Source: an uncultured Gammaproteobacteria bacterium
GTDB taxonomy: Bacteria > Pseudomonadota > Gammaproteobacteria > Pseudomonadales > Azotimanducaceae
Assembly: GCA_913045265.1 (NCBI GenBank)
Contig: CAJWQX010000008.1
Coordinates: 975-64,974 of the forward strand
Direction: 5' to 3'
DNA length: 64,000 nucleotides
Shown: positions 43,991 through 56,366 of the stretch, piece by piece
Layout of the letters: each line of letters opens with the position of its first letter
How positions within the stretch are numbered: the first letter of the stretch is position 1
Notes under the pieces: generated by a model
The model's database searches: none
The model's input: only the letters and a program-made list of their open reading frames with translations
Told to the model about the DNA's origin: nothing
Program-made: the position numbers and the translations under genes

Positions 43991-44012
43991 TGGAATAGGC
44001 CGGCCAGCGCCT

Positions 44013-45047
44013 GTGAAGCTTGCTGAAATTGCTGTGCTCGTTGATGCGGAACTTGTAGGCAATGGTGATACGAAAATTACCGGCCTTGGTCCGATAGAAA
44101 CTGCTGCCCCGGGGGAGATCACGCATCTTTCAAGCCGCGCTTACCGCAAATACCTTGCTGATACATCCGCATCCGCCGTCATCTTGCAGGCAAACGATTT
44201 AGCGAGCTGTCCTACCAACGCACTCGTTGTTGAAAATCCGTACCATGCGTTTGCCGTCGCTTCGATGTTGTTTGAGAAACGTCCGAGGCTGCCGGTCGGA
44301 ATTCAAGAACCCGCGCTGGTCGATGGCTCCGCAAGCCTTGGGGAAGGCGTCAGAATCGGAGCCTTCGCTAAAATTGAGTCAGAAGCAATCCTTGCCGACG
44401 GCGTTGAGGTCGGGTCCGGTGCGTATGTCGGAGAAGGGTGTGTGATCGGGACCGATACAGTCGTTATGCCGGGCGCGGTTTTGTATCACGGAGTTCGCGT
44501 CGGGGCTCGTTGCATGATCCATAGTGGTGCGGTAATAGGCGCTGATGGATTTGGGTTCGCGCCGGACGCAAAAGGTCACCTGCAGCCAATCGCGCAGATC
44601 GGAGGAGTTCGTCTTGGAGATGATGTCAGCGTGGGTTCGTGCACGACGATAGATAGGGGGACTATCGAAGATACCGTGGTGGGTGATGGCGTGAAGATTG
44701 ATAACCAGGTGCAGATTGGTCACAACTGCCAAATCGGAGACCACACCGTAATTTGCGGGTGCGTCGGGATGGTGGGGAGCACCGTGATCGGCCGCAACTG
44801 CATGATTGGCGGTGCTGTCGGAATGGCAGGAGACGGTCCCATCCGCTTAACGGATGCGGTAATGGTTAGCGCGATGACCCATGTCTCGCGGTCCATTGAA
44901 GAACCAGGGCTGTATTCGGGAGGTGTACTGCACGATAAGTCGGCTCGTTGGAAGCGTAATGCACTGCGGTTCGGCGAAATCGACCAACTCGCGAAACGGC
45001 TAGCCCGACTCGAAAAAAAGACAGACCCAGGACGACAAAACGATTAA
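44013..45047 (+). CDS. lpxD: UDP-3-O-acylglucosamine N-acyltransferase
   Basis: It has an N-terminal uridine-binding domain followed by long left-handed beta-helix hexapeptide repeats. The skp-lpxD-fabZ context is canonical. The start codon is GTG. Confidence 0.93.
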   Translation: MKLAEIAVLVDAELVGNGDTKITGLGPIETAAPGEITHLSSRAYRKYLADTSASAVILQANDLASCPTNALVVENPYHAFAVASMLFEKRPRLPVGIQEPALVDGSASLGEGVRIGAFAKIESEAILADGVEVGSGAYVGEGCVIGTDTVVMPGAVLYHGVRVGARCMIHSGAVIGADGFGFAPDAKGHLQPIAQIGGVRLGDDVSVGSCTTIDRGTIEDTVVGDGVKIDNQVQIGHNCQIGDHTVICGCVGMVGSTVIGRNCMIGGAVGMAGDGPIRLTDAVMVSAMTHVSRSIEEPGLYSGGVLHDKSARWKRNALRFGEIDQLAKRLARLEKKTDPGRQND

Positions 45048-45080
45048 GGTTCGGACGTTGTCGAATCGACTCACAGCACT

Positions 45081-45515
45081 ATGGACATAGACGAGATATT
45101 CGAATATCTCCCACACCGGTACCCATTCCTACTCGTTGATCGGGTGACAGAAATCCATCCGGGAAAAGATATTCGAGGGTACAAAAACGTAAGTATTGGC
45201 GAACCTTTTTTTCAGGGTCATTTCCCGGACCACCCCATTATGCCGGGCGTTCTTCTCATTGAAGCCATGGCGCAGATAGCAGGAATCCTTGCATTTAAGA
45301 CGCGAGAGAACAGTCCGGCTGAGGGTTACCTGCACTACTTGGCGGGGACCGATAAGACCCGTTTCAAGCGGCCCGTCGTGCCGGGTGATCGACTGTTGCT
45401 TGAAGCCACCATTTTGACGCATCGTCGCACAATGATGAAATTTGATTGCAACGCCTATGTCGACGACGAACTTGCTTGTACAACAGAGTTGCTATGCGCG
45501 GAACGCAAAATCTAA
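45081..45515 (+). CDS. fabZ: 3-hydroxyacyl-ACP dehydratase FabZ
   Basis: [13 protein letters not shown] and [23 protein letters not shown] are the hot-dog fold catalytic His motif. Confidence 0.97.
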   Translation: MDIDEIFEYLPHRYPFLLVDRVTEIHPGKDIRGYKNVSIGEPFFQGHFPDHPIMPGVLLIEAMAQIAGILAFKTRENSPAEGYLHYLAGTDKTRFKRPVVPGDRLLLEATILTHRRTMMKFDCNAYVDDELACTTELLCAERKI

Positions 45516-45561
45516 TGCAGGGATCCCGAAAAAGGGCCTTTGATTGAATCGTGAGAGATCG

Positions 45562-45620
45562 GTGGTCCGACCGTGAAACTGGAGATGAGTTAGGCGCGAG
45601 CCATGGTGCGATCGGACCAC
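45562..45620. repeat. 9-bp inverted repeat (GTGGTCCGA / TCGGACCAC) with a 41-nt spacer in the fabZ-lpxB gap
   Basis: The arms at 45562-45570 and 45612-45620 are exact reverse complements. The 3' arm ends 6 nt before the lpxB ATG. Confidence 0.6.
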
Positions 45621-45626
45621 TAAAAC

Positions 45627-46805
45627 ATGGCTAAACCAACTTTGACGATTGGCATCGTTGCCGGTGAAGAATCCGGGGATATTCTAGGGTCGGGACTCAT
45701 GCGCGCGTTGGCTAGGCGAGACACGAGCCTTCGATTTATAGGCGTGGGTGGGCGTCAAATGGTTAAGCAAGGTCTTGAATCGCTCGCATCTATCGAGGAG
45801 CTGTCCGTTAACGGATTTATAGATCCGCTTAAGAGGTTACCGACGTTAGTACGGATCCTCCGCTGCTTGTATCGATGTTTTAGGGAAGCCGATGTGGTTG
45901 TGGGAATTGATTTCAACGTGTTTAACCTATTGCTCGAACGGCTGCTAAAGCGTCGGGGCGTACCGACGGCCCACTATGTCAGCCCCGCGGTATACGCATG
46001 GAGACGAGGCAGGATTCGTAAGATCGGCCGCTCAACTGATGTGGTGATGGCACTATTTCCTTTCGAGCCACCCTTGTATCGCGATTCCGGCGTTCGAGCG
46101 GAATTTGTAGGACATCCACTTGCGGACGACATAGATCCGAATGTAGACCCGGGCGAAAGAAGCGCACGCGCGCGCGCCGATCTGGGGCTACCAGCTGATG
46201 CCCTCGTGGTGGGGCTGTTGCCTGGCAGTCGTCTTTCCGAAGTCCGATTTCTCGGCGACTTGTTCATCGACGCTGCCGAGCAGGCCGTGGCTAGAATCAA
46301 CCACGAGGGTCGGCACTATCCTTCGGCCGTTCTGGTTATCCCTTGTGTTAGTAAAAAAATACAAGCTCTTTTGACAGAAATGGTTGCAAAAAAGACCCTG
46401 GTCGACGTGCGGTTAGTCGAAGGCAATTCCGAGCTCGCTATCGCCGCGTCCGACGTTGTTCTAACTAAGGCCGGAACAAGCACATTAGAAGCACTGCTTT
46501 TAGGTCGACCTATGGTAGTGAGCTATCGTTTGGGAGGGTTCAGTTATTGGATCGCTAAAAGATTGATTCGATCGGAATTCGTTGCGCTCCCTAATATTTT
46601 GGCTGGTTACAGCATAGTGCCAGAGTTGCTTCAAAAGGACGCGACTCCCCGTCGTCTAGCGAACGCTCTGGCGGAAGAGATCAAACGATTTGAGAGCGAC
46701 GAAGGTCTTAGACATGCCTTTAAGGAGATCCATGGCAAACTGAGATGTGGAGCGTCCGAGCGTGCTGCGGATGTTGTTATGTCATTGGTTTCCGATCAAA
46801 TATGA
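45627..46805 (+). CDS. lpxB: Lipid-A-disaccharide synthase
   Basis: GT19 family features are present: N-terminus IGIVAGEESGDILG, YVSPAVYAWR and KAGTSTLEALL. Confidence 0.95.
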   Translation: MAKPTLTIGIVAGEESGDILGSGLMRALARRDTSLRFIGVGGRQMVKQGLESLASIEELSVNGFIDPLKRLPTLVRILRCLYRCFREADVVVGIDFNVFNLLLERLLKRRGVPTAHYVSPAVYAWRRGRIRKIGRSTDVVMALFPFEPPLYRDSGVRAEFVGHPLADDIDPNVDPGERSARARADLGLPADALVVGLLPGSRLSEVRFLGDLFIDAAEQAVARINHEGRHYPSAVLVIPCVSKKIQALLTEMVAKKTLVDVRLVEGNSELAIAASDVVLTKAGTSTLEALLLGRPMVVSYRLGGFSYWIAKRLIRSEFVALPNILAGYSIVPELLQKDATPRRLANALAEEIKRFESDEGLRHAFKEIHGKLRCGASERAADVVMSLVSDQI

Positions 46806-47431
46806 ATACACAAGCGGTGTGGAGTGGTTCCTATCCACTCGTAAGTAAAACAGCTGGGATTGATGAGGCAGGTCGAGGTCCTCTGGCCGGACCCGTGGTG
46901 GCAGCGGCAGTTGTTTTGGACCCCGACAAACCCATTAATGGGCTTAACGATTCGAAAGCACTTAAACACAAAGTTAGACTATCCCTCAAAGACGAAATCC
47001 AAGAACGATCGATCGGCTGGGCGTTGGGCTGCGCCAATGTTGAAGAAATCGACCGATTAAATATATTGCAAGCCACGTTGTTAGCGATGCGCCGTGCAGT
47101 ATCCAACCTAGGTATATCGATAGACATGGCCTTGGTCGACGGAAACGTAGATCCAGGTCTCGCCTGCCCGACAAACACGATCGTGCGGGGGGATACCAAA
47201 GTGGCGGCGATTAGTGCTGCATCAATCCTAGCCAAAGTCTTCCGCGACAACGTAATGGTTTCTGCGTCTAAGGATTATCCGGAATACGGTTTCGATCGGC
47301 ATAAAGGATACGGAACGCGCGAGCATTTGTTCGCTCTGAAACAGCACGGTCCGAGCATATTTCACCGAAAAACTTTTGCGCCCGTCCGGGATCTATTGAT
47401 GAATGACGAAATATCCCATAAGCGATCGTAG
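46802..47431 (+). CDS. rnhB: Ribonuclease HII
   Basis: The ATG at 46802 overlaps the lpxB stop (ATGA). GIDEAGRGPLAGPVV, DSKAL and HKGYGT motifs are present. Confidence 0.95.
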   Translation: MNTQAVWSGSYPLVSKTAGIDEAGRGPLAGPVVAAAVVLDPDKPINGLNDSKALKHKVRLSLKDEIQERSIGWALGCANVEEIDRLNILQATLLAMRRAVSNLGISIDMALVDGNVDPGLACPTNTIVRGDTKVAAISAASILAKVFRDNVMVSASKDYPEYGFDRHKGYGTREHLFALKQHGPSIFHRKTFAPVRDLLMNDEISHKRS

Positions 47432-47433
47432 TG

Positions 47434-50400
47434 ATGGCATTTGTTCACCTCTCTTTGCACACCGAATTCTCGATAACCGACGGGCTTGTTCGCGTTGAAG
47501 CGCTCGCAGAACGCGCCAGGGAAATGGGCTTTCCGGCGGTGGCCGTCACTGATCTAGGCAATCTTTTCGGCATGTTGAAGTTCTATAAGGCATGTAGGGC
47601 CGAGGGCGTCAAACCTATTGTGGGGCTGGAATTGGAGATGCGTGAGGAAGCGAGGTCGTACCGGCTGATCGTCTTAGCTACTAATCAAAGGGGTTACCAC
47701 AATCTGCTCAAGCTCGCATCTCGTTCCTACATTAGGTCTCAGGATCGAGGGACGTTTCAAAAGGAGTGGCTCGAAGAGTTGAATGAGGGCCTGATTCTCC
47801 TATCGGGTGGGCACCGCGGTGACGTAGGCATGGCGCTGATAAATAGTGAAATGTCCGAGGCGATCGAACGGGCAGAGCAATGGAGGAATGTCTTCACCAA
47901 CCGTTATTACATCGAGTTGTCTCGAACCGGGCACTCCTATGAAGACGAGTACATTGGCGCCGCGGTTGCGTTAGCGGAATCTACGGGGATTCCCGTGGTG
48001 GCGACTAATAAGGTCCGCTTTCTAGATGCTCAAGATTTCGAAGCTCACGAGGCTCGGGTATGTATACAAGAAGGTCGAACGCTCGATGATCCTCGTCGCG
48101 AACGACGTTTTTCCGATCAACAATACCTCCGCTCCGGCCACGAGATGGCCGCGTTGTTTGCCGATATTCCTGAAGCGCTAGAAAACTCCTATGAAATAAG
48201 TCGCCGTTGTAATTTGCTGATCGATCTCGATACTTATCACTTGCCGATTTATCCGGCACCCGAGGGCACAACGCTTGAAGAACTACTGACTTCAACAGCT
48301 CACGAAGCGCTTGAAGATTATTTTCGGAGGGCGAGCTCGGGATCGGACGAGGTGGATCGCGCCAAATATATCGATCGCTTAGATTACGAACTCGGTGTTA
48401 TCAACGAAATGGGTTTCGCGGGCTATTTCTTGATCGTAATGGAGTTCGTCAACTGGGCGAAACAACGTAAAATTCCTGTAGGTCCTGGTCGCGGTTCGGG
48501 TGCGGCATCGTTGGTGTCGTTCTGCCTGGGCATCACTGACATTGATCCTTTGCAATACGATCTTCTGTTTGAACGGTTGTTGAATCCAGAACGTGTTTCG
48601 ATGCCGGATCTCGACATTGATTTTTGTATGGAGCGACGCGACGAAGTTATCAACCACGTTGCCGAGTTGTACGGGGCTGAGGCCGTTAGTCAAATAGCTA
48701 CCTTTGGCACCATGGCTGCTAAAGCTGTGGTCAGGGATGTCGCCAGGGTACAAGGAAAGCCCTACGGACTTGCTGATCGACTGTCCAAAATGATCCCATT
48801 TGAAGTGGGCATGACGCTTGATAAGGCAGTGGCCCAGGAAGAGGAGCTTCGTGAATTCATCGACGAAAACGATGACGTGGCTGAAATCATGGACATGGCG
48901 TACCCGTTAGAAGGTCTCGTACGTAATGTAGGCAGACACGCTGGGGGTGTCGTAATTGCCCCCTCGGCTCTTGAGTCCTACGTTCCTCTCTACACAGAAA
49001 CGATGGGAGCGGCGACGGTCTCCCAGTTCGATAAAGACGATGTCGAAGAAGCAGGCCTGGTCAAGTTCGATTTTCTGGGACTTAAAACGTTGACGATAAT
49101 TGATTGGGCGGTAACGGATATTAATCACTCTCGGCAGCGGTGCGGTGACGAACCCATCGATATTCGAGCGATTCCGCTAGACGACGCACCCACCTTTGAG
49201 TTCTTGCGATCGGCGGAAACGACGGCGATATTCCAACTTGAGTCGGAGGGGATGAAGGATCTGATTCGTCGGCTTTTACCGGACAACATCAATGACGTGA
49301 TCGCGCTCGTGGCGTTGTTCCGTCCGGGGCCGCTACAGTCCGGAGCCGTCGATGACTACGTTTCTCGAAAACACAGTAAGGCCCCCGTTACCTATCCTCA
49401 CGCAAGGTTGGAATCAGTTTTGAGTACCACGTATGGCGTCATGCTTTATCAGGAAGACGTTATGAACGTTTCACAAGAACTGGCCGGCTTTAGCCTCGGT
49501 CAGGCCGATCTGCTGCGCAAAGCAATGGGTAAAAAGATTCCTGAAGAAATGGCGAAAATGCGGACTACTTTCTTGGAAGGCACGGCGGCGAACGAAGTGA
49601 ATGAAACTTTGGCAAATAACATTTTTGATCAAATGGAGAAGTTTGCAGGCTATGCATTCAACAAAGCTCACTCTGCTGCCTACGCGATGCTGTCATTTCA
49701 AACCGCGTGGCTCAAAACTCACTATCCCGCAGAGTTCATGGCGGCCGTTTTGTCAGCAGATATGCAGAATATCGATAAGGTGGTAACGCTCGTTGACGAG
49801 GCATCACGAATGGGAATTCCCGTCAGTCCGCCGGACGTGAATCAAAGCGAATTCAAGTTTAGGGCCGTCGAAGGGTCGATCGTGTACGGGTTGGGCGCGG
49901 TAAGGGGTATAGGGGAGGGTCCAGTCGCGGCCATCACCAGCGAACGAAAACGGGGCAACTTTGTCGACTTACAAGAGTTTTGCAATCGCGTTGACGCAGG
50001 TCGAGCCAATAAGAAAGTCATCGAGGCGCTAGTCCGATCTGGCTCCATGGATAGCCTCGCTTCGTCAAATTCTGGGCTGGATCAAATTCGGGCTGAACTT
50101 TTGACTGGGATTCATGAGTCGATACAAGGGGCGGAACAAAGCGCTAGGGACCGTTCCCTTGGTATACACGACATGTTTGGCGGTATAGAAGCCCCTGCTG
50201 CAGACATCACGTCGCGGCGTGTTCGGGCGATGGATACAAAGACAAGACTTGAAGGTGAAAAAGAGACGCTGGGACTTTATCTGACCGGGCATCCAATAGA
50301 TGATTACATCGATGAAATTCGAACATTTTGCCCTACAAAAATTGCTCATTTGCAGGCGGGGCCGGGTGCTCGAACTATTACTGGACTGGTCGTTTCGAAT

Positions 50401-50892
50401 CGATCGAGACGCAGTAAGCGTGGGGAAGGTATGGCCTTTGTGGTTCTCGATGATCAAAGCGGTCGTGTCGAAGTAAGCGTGTTTGGGGACACGTATGCCG
50501 AACACCATCAAAAGCTAACGAAGGACGCGGTTCTTATCGTCGAAGGAACGGTCCAGCCGGACGAGTATTCTGGTGATCTAAAGATCCGTGCGGTCGCCGT
50601 TTACACGGTGGAGGAGGCCCGGCGACGGTTCCGTGGTCGAATTGAAATCTCGACATGCGAGCAAGAGATGGGTGGGAATTTCGCCGGTCGACTGCGTGAG
50701 AAACTCGAAGTTTATCGTGCGCCGATTGATCCGTCGCAAGGTTGCGAGGTCACGATTGCGTATCGGAATGAAGAAGCGACCGGACGCGTAGTACTTGGAG
50801 AAGACTGGCGGGTTCAACCATCTGATCAACTGCTCGCTTCTTTGCGGGAGGAATTCGGTGTATCTGCTGTCCACTTTCGTTATTCCACTTAA
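47434..50892 (+). CDS. dnaE: DNA polymerase III alpha subunit
   Basis: About 1152 aa. It has the PHP domain (FVHLSLHTEFS), polymerase core (PDLDIDF, GLVKFDFLGLKTL) and an OB fold. ATG 47434 or GTG 47431 abuts the rnhB stop. Confidence 0.97.
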   Translation: MAFVHLSLHTEFSITDGLVRVEALAERAREMGFPAVAVTDLGNLFGMLKFYKACRAEGVKPIVGLELEMREEARSYRLIVLATNQRGYHNLLKLASRSYIRSQDRGTFQKEWLEELNEGLILLSGGHRGDVGMALINSEMSEAIERAEQWRNVFTNRYYIELSRTGHSYEDEYIGAAVALAESTGIPVVATNKVRFLDAQDFEAHEARVCIQEGRTLDDPRRERRFSDQQYLRSGHEMAALFADIPEALENSYEISRRCNLLIDLDTYHLPIYPAPEGTTLEELLTSTAHEALEDYFRRASSGSDEVDRAKYIDRLDYELGVINEMGFAGYFLIVMEFVNWAKQRKIPVGPGRGSGAASLVSFCLGITDIDPLQYDLLFERLLNPERVSMPDLDIDFCMERRDEVINHVAELYGAEAVSQIATFGTMAAKAVVRDVARVQGKPYGLADRLSKMIPFEVGMTLDKAVAQEEELREFIDENDDVAEIMDMAYPLEGLVRNVGRHAGGVVIAPSALESYVPLYTETMGAATVSQFDKDDVEEAGLVKFDFLGLKTLTIIDWAVTDINHSRQRCGDEPIDIRAIPLDDAPTFEFLRSAETTAIFQLESEGMKDLIRRLLPDNINDVIALVALFRPGPLQSGAVDDYVSRKHSKAPVTYPHARLESVLSTTYGVMLYQEDVMNVSQELAGFSLGQADLLRKAMGKKIPEEMAKMRTTFLEGTAANEVNETLANNIFDQMEKFAGYAFNKAHSAAYAMLSFQTAWLKTHYPAEFMAAVLSADMQNIDKVVTLVDEASRMGIPVSPPDVNQSEFKFRAVEGSIVYGLGAVRGIGEGPVAAITSERKRGNFVDLQEFCNRVDAGRANKKVIEALVRSGSMDSLASSNSGLDQIRAELLTGIHESIQGAEQSARDRSLGIHDMFGGIEAPAADITSRRVRAMDTKTRLEGEKETLGLYLTGHPIDDYIDEIRTFCPTKIAHLQAGPGARTITGLVVSNRSRRSKRGEGMAFVVLDDQSGRVEVSVFGDTYAEHHQKLTKDAVLIVEGTVQPDEYSGDLKIRAVAVYTVEEARRRFRGRIEISTCEQEMGGNFAGRLREKLEVYRAPIDPSQGCEVTIAYRNEEATGRVVLGEDWRVQPSDQLLASLREEFGVSAVHFRYST

Positions 50893-50955
50893 CCTCTTTA
50901 TACCCGTATTAGGCGAATGGGTTTGAATATGTTGCCCGTAGCTGAGCGCTAAATT

Positions 50956-52179
50956 TTGGTGTCGAAGCTGAAGCGTTCCGTATATGCCTCGGTCTCCGAA
51001 GCGGCTGCCTCGGTGGATATGCAGTCCGACAGTTGCTTTTGGGTCGCATATTCTGGAGGGCTCGACTCCACCGTATTGTTGAAGGCGGCTTTGGAAGTTT
51101 TTGGCCCTACGCGATGCAAGGCAGTTCACGTTAATCATGGGCTGAGCGAAAACGCGGACGATTGGCAGTCTCATTGCCAAAAAGTTGCGTCCGAAATGGA
51201 TCTTCCGATCGAAGTTTTTCGAGCTGAACTTGAGGTAGGTAATGAAGAGCTTGCGGGTCGTCGTTCACGATATGGAATTTGGAGTCAATTGATTAACGAT
51301 GGAGATGTACTTGCCACAGCACATCACGCGGACGATGTTGCCGAAACTCGTCTTTGGCAATTGTTTTCGGGTCGTAGTCCGATCGGAATCCCTGCCAATA
51401 GGCCGCTTGGGGAGGGCATGTTAGTACGGCCGTTCCTTGATCTAGAAAGGAAAGAGTTGGCGTTGTTTGCAAGAGGGCACCATCTTTCATGGATTGAGGA
51501 CGACAGTAATTTGGACGAGACCTACGACCGCAATTGGATTCGACACAAGCTTTTACCCTTCGTGGGGTCGCGCTTTAGTGATGCTGTGCAACATCTAACG
51601 AGGTTGGACTGGCCGGAATTGCCGTTACGAGAAGCCGAACCCATTGATCTAGATTGCATGGGGTTAGATGAAAGGATGCTGCGTGGATGGCTATGGGCAT
51701 ACGGTATCGTCCCGACGAAAGGACAGCTTACTGAGGTACTTCGACAAATTGAGAACCCAGGGACGCGTTCAGTCCGTGTACGAATCAGGGATCGGACCTC
51801 GATTCGAGAGTATCGACGACGGCTCTATGTAGTTCGCGATTATGATCGTCCAGACAATGCTGCTATTTCCGTTGGCATGGAATGGGGTGATTCCAATGGC
51901 ACCTTAACGTGGGTTCGGCAAGAAACTGGAATCGCCCTAGGTTACGGTCTCAGCTTGCGATCGCGACAAGGTGGAGAACGAATAACGTTCGGCGGAAGAA
52001 ATCGTTCGCTAGCGGAGCTATATCGATCTCGTGGCATCGAACCTTGGCTGCGCGAAAGTTTGCCGCTGTTATTTGACCGCCAAGAACTGGTTGCGATACC
52101 TGGACTAGCATTAGCTGATAATGCAAAAATTTCGTCCGGATGGCGGCCTGAATGGCATTGCTCGATTGAGGTCAAGTAA
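50956..52179 (+). CDS. tilS: tRNA(Ile)-lysidine synthetase
   Basis: It has the PP-loop VAYSGGLDSTVLL and HHADDVAET. The start codon is uncertain: TTG 50956, GTG 50959, or less likely ATG 51019. Confidence 0.9.
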   Translation: MVSKLKRSVYASVSEAAASVDMQSDSCFWVAYSGGLDSTVLLKAALEVFGPTRCKAVHVNHGLSENADDWQSHCQKVASEMDLPIEVFRAELEVGNEELAGRRSRYGIWSQLINDGDVLATAHHADDVAETRLWQLFSGRSPIGIPANRPLGEGMLVRPFLDLERKELALFARGHHLSWIEDDSNLDETYDRNWIRHKLLPFVGSRFSDAVQHLTRLDWPELPLREAEPIDLDCMGLDERMLRGWLWAYGIVPTKGQLTEVLRQIENPGTRSVRVRIRDRTSIREYRRRLYVVRDYDRPDNAAISVGMEWGDSNGTLTWVRQETGIALGYGLSLRSRQGGERITFGGRNRSLAELYRSRGIEPWLRESLPLLFDRQELVAIPGLALADNAKISSGWRPEWHCSIEVK

Positions 52180-52250
52180 CCCTTTTGCTATTGTGTTCAA
52201 CCATCTCGGGGAAGCGTTTTGGGAGTACCAAACCGTCCGATGGGCTCTAG

Positions 52251-53915
<1,665 letters not shown>

Positions 53916-53955
53916 CCCGTGGCCCGGAACCGGATAAAACAACGAAGGTCTGTGT

Positions 53956-54792
53956 ATGGAACTTTGTTCATTTGATGTGGGCAACAACGATCCTTTCTTC
54001 CTGATTGCTGGCCCATGTGTCATCGAAAATGAAGCGGTTGCTCTAGAAACATCCGAGCAGCTTCGAGCGATCGCACGTTCGCTCGGGATACATTTCATCT
54101 ATAAAAGCTCGTTCGATAAAGCTAATCGTTCCTCCCATGAAAGTTATCGGGGCCCGGGCCTCGAAGAAGGACTGCGTATTCTTCAAAGGGTGCGGGATGA
54201 AATTGAGGTTCCGGTACTTACGGATGTACATGAGGATACGCCTCTCGACGAAGTCGGCAGCGTCGTTTCTGTTCTTCAGACACCGGCATTTCTCTGCAGG
54301 CAAACTAACTTCATACAAAGTGTGTGTGCCCAGGGTTTGCCCGTGAATATCAAGAAGGGGCAGTTCTTAGCGCCACTCGATATGTGCAACGTGGTCAACA
54401 AAGCAAAAGCGGGAGGCAACGAGCAGGTGATGGTGTGCGAACGTGGTGCGAGTTTTGGGTATAACAATCTGGTATCCGATATGCGTTCGCTCGCGCTGAT
54501 GCGACAAACCGGTTGTCCTGTCGTTTACGATGCCACGCATTCGGCTCAGATGCCCGGTGGTCTCGGTGATAAGTCGGGTGGTCAACGAGAAATGGTTCCT
54601 GTATTAGCCCGCGCTGCAATAGGGGCGGGGGTTGCAGGGTTGTTCATGGAGACGCATCCTCGACCGGATGAGGCCCTCTCAGACGGCCCTAACTCGTGGC
54701 CGTTAGACCTCATGAAGCCATTGCTCGAAGAACTGCGAGAAATAGACGCAGTTGTCAAGTCGCGTGGATACATAGAACAGCAAATTTCATGA
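53956..54792 (+). CDS. kdsA: 3-deoxy-8-phosphooctulonate synthase
   Basis: [27 protein letters not shown] and LFMETHP match KdsA. Confidence 0.95.
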   Translation: MELCSFDVGNNDPFFLIAGPCVIENEAVALETSEQLRAIARSLGIHFIYKSSFDKANRSSHESYRGPGLEEGLRILQRVRDEIEVPVLTDVHEDTPLDEVGSVVSVLQTPAFLCRQTNFIQSVCAQGLPVNIKKGQFLAPLDMCNVVNKAKAGGNEQVMVCERGASFGYNNLVSDMRSLALMRQTGCPVVYDATHSAQMPGGLGDKSGGQREMVPVLARAAIGAGVAGLFMETHPRPDEALSDGPNSWPLDLMKPLLEELREIDAVVKSRGYIEQQIS

Positions 54793-56081
54793 GCCGGATC
54801 AGTGCGATCCGCGCTTGGGAGGTATTTGATTCACGGGGTAGTCCTACCGTCGCTGTCGACGTGATACTCGACAGCGGTGATTCCGGATACTCAATGGTAC
54901 CTTCGGGGGCTTCGACAGGATCCCGTGAGGCGCTTGAGTTGCGCGACGGTGATGCAGACCGATTGGGGGGTAGAGGCGTACTTCGGGCTATCGAACGGAT
55001 TGAAGGGGAAATTTCAACAGCGCTCGTAGGCCTCGACGTGAATGATCAGATACGGATTGACGGAGTAATGATCGAGCTCGATGGAACCAAGAATAAAGAG
55101 CGGCTTGGAGCAAACGCGATTCTTGGAGTGTCTCTCGCTGCCGCTCGAGCAGCGGCTTGTTCCCGCAATCTTGAATTGCATCAATATCTTACGGAATTTT
55201 ATGGCCCCGCCGACGTGCGTATGCCGGTACCGATGATGAACATTCTTAACGGAGGGGCTCACGCAGATAACAACGTTGATATACAAGAGTTCATGATCCA
55301 ACCGGTATCGATGACAACGTTTCGCGACGCGCTTTGTGCGGGAGTCGAAATATTTAATGCATTGAAAATGGTACTTGCCGAAAGAGGACTTGCTACGAGC
55401 GTTGGAGACGAGGGCGGGTTCGCGCCTGATTTGGAGTCAAATATTGCGGGGTTCGAATTGATCGAGGAGGCAATCGCACGCTCGGGGTACAAGGTGGGAA
55501 CGGACGTGTTGCTGGCAATCGATTGCGCCGCGAGTGAATTCTTTCACGATGGGTCTTATCACCTAGCGGGCGACGATCGCATATTTACCAGTAAGAATTT
55601 TTGTACGTACCTCGAAGATCTCACCAATCAATTTCCGATTGCTTCTATTGAAGACGGTATGGACGAAAATGATTGGCACGGTTGGCGCCTTCTAACCGAT
55701 TCTCTTGGAAATCGGATTCAGTTAGTTGGCGATGACCTTTTTGTCACCAACACCGAAATCTTGGCGCGTGGTATCAGAGAAGGAATTGCCAACGCGATCC
55801 TCATTAAATTGAATCAAATCGGCACTCTTACAGAGACGCTCTCGGCGATCCGTATGGCGCATGACAGCGGATACTCGGTGATCGTTTCGCATCGTTCAGG
55901 CGATACCGAGGATACATTCATCGCCGACTTGGCGGTTGCAACTGGGGCAGGGCAAATCAAAACGGGATCTTTATCTCGGTCCGAACGCGTGGCGAAATAT
56001 AACCGCTTGTTACGTATCGAGTCGTCCCTCCATGACAGTCGCTATCTGGGCCTGGCTGAATTCCAGGGTAAGGAAACGTAG
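54789..56081 (+). CDS. eno: Enolase
   Basis: The ATG at 54789 overlaps the kdsA stop (ATGA). [36 protein letters not shown] and [16 protein letters not shown] are present. Confidence 0.97.
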   Translation: MSRISAIRAWEVFDSRGSPTVAVDVILDSGDSGYSMVPSGASTGSREALELRDGDADRLGGRGVLRAIERIEGEISTALVGLDVNDQIRIDGVMIELDGTKNKERLGANAILGVSLAAARAAACSRNLELHQYLTEFYGPADVRMPVPMMNILNGGAHADNNVDIQEFMIQPVSMTTFRDALCAGVEIFNALKMVLAERGLATSVGDEGGFAPDLESNIAGFELIEEAIARSGYKVGTDVLLAIDCAASEFFHDGSYHLAGDDRIFTSKNFCTYLEDLTNQFPIASIEDGMDENDWHGWRLLTDSLGNRIQLVGDDLFVTNTEILARGIREGIANAILIKLNQIGTLTETLSAIRMAHDSGYSVIVSHRSGDTEDTFIADLAVATGAGQIKTGSLSRSERVAKYNRLLRIESSLHDSRYLGLAEFQGKET

Positions 56082-56366
56082 ATGCGTTTCTTTGTGATTG
56101 TCAGCGTCGTTCTCTTTTTAGCCCTCCAATACAACTATTGGTTCGGGAAGAGCGGGTACTTTGAAGTGCAGATACTTGCCGATCAGGTTGAACAACAAGC
56201 TCAACTTAATCATCGTCTTCGCGAGCGGAATCGTATCCTTCGCACAGAAGTTGATGGGTTTCGGGACGGTTTAGAGGCTGTGGAAGCGCATGCTCGCTCG
56301 GATCTGGGGATGGTCGCGAAAGGAGAGACGTTCTATCTTGTTGTAGAGCCGGCAAGCGGCAGGTAG
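56082..56366 (+). CDS. ftsB: Cell division protein FtsB
   Basis: 94 aa with an N-terminal TM helix followed by a coiled coil. The ATG immediately follows the eno stop. The eno-ftsB synteny is canonical. Confidence 0.88.
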   Translation: MRFFVIVSVVLFLALQYNYWFGKSGYFEVQILADQVEQQAQLNHRLRERNRILRTEVDGFRDGLEAVEAHARSDLGMVAKGETFYLVVEPASGR

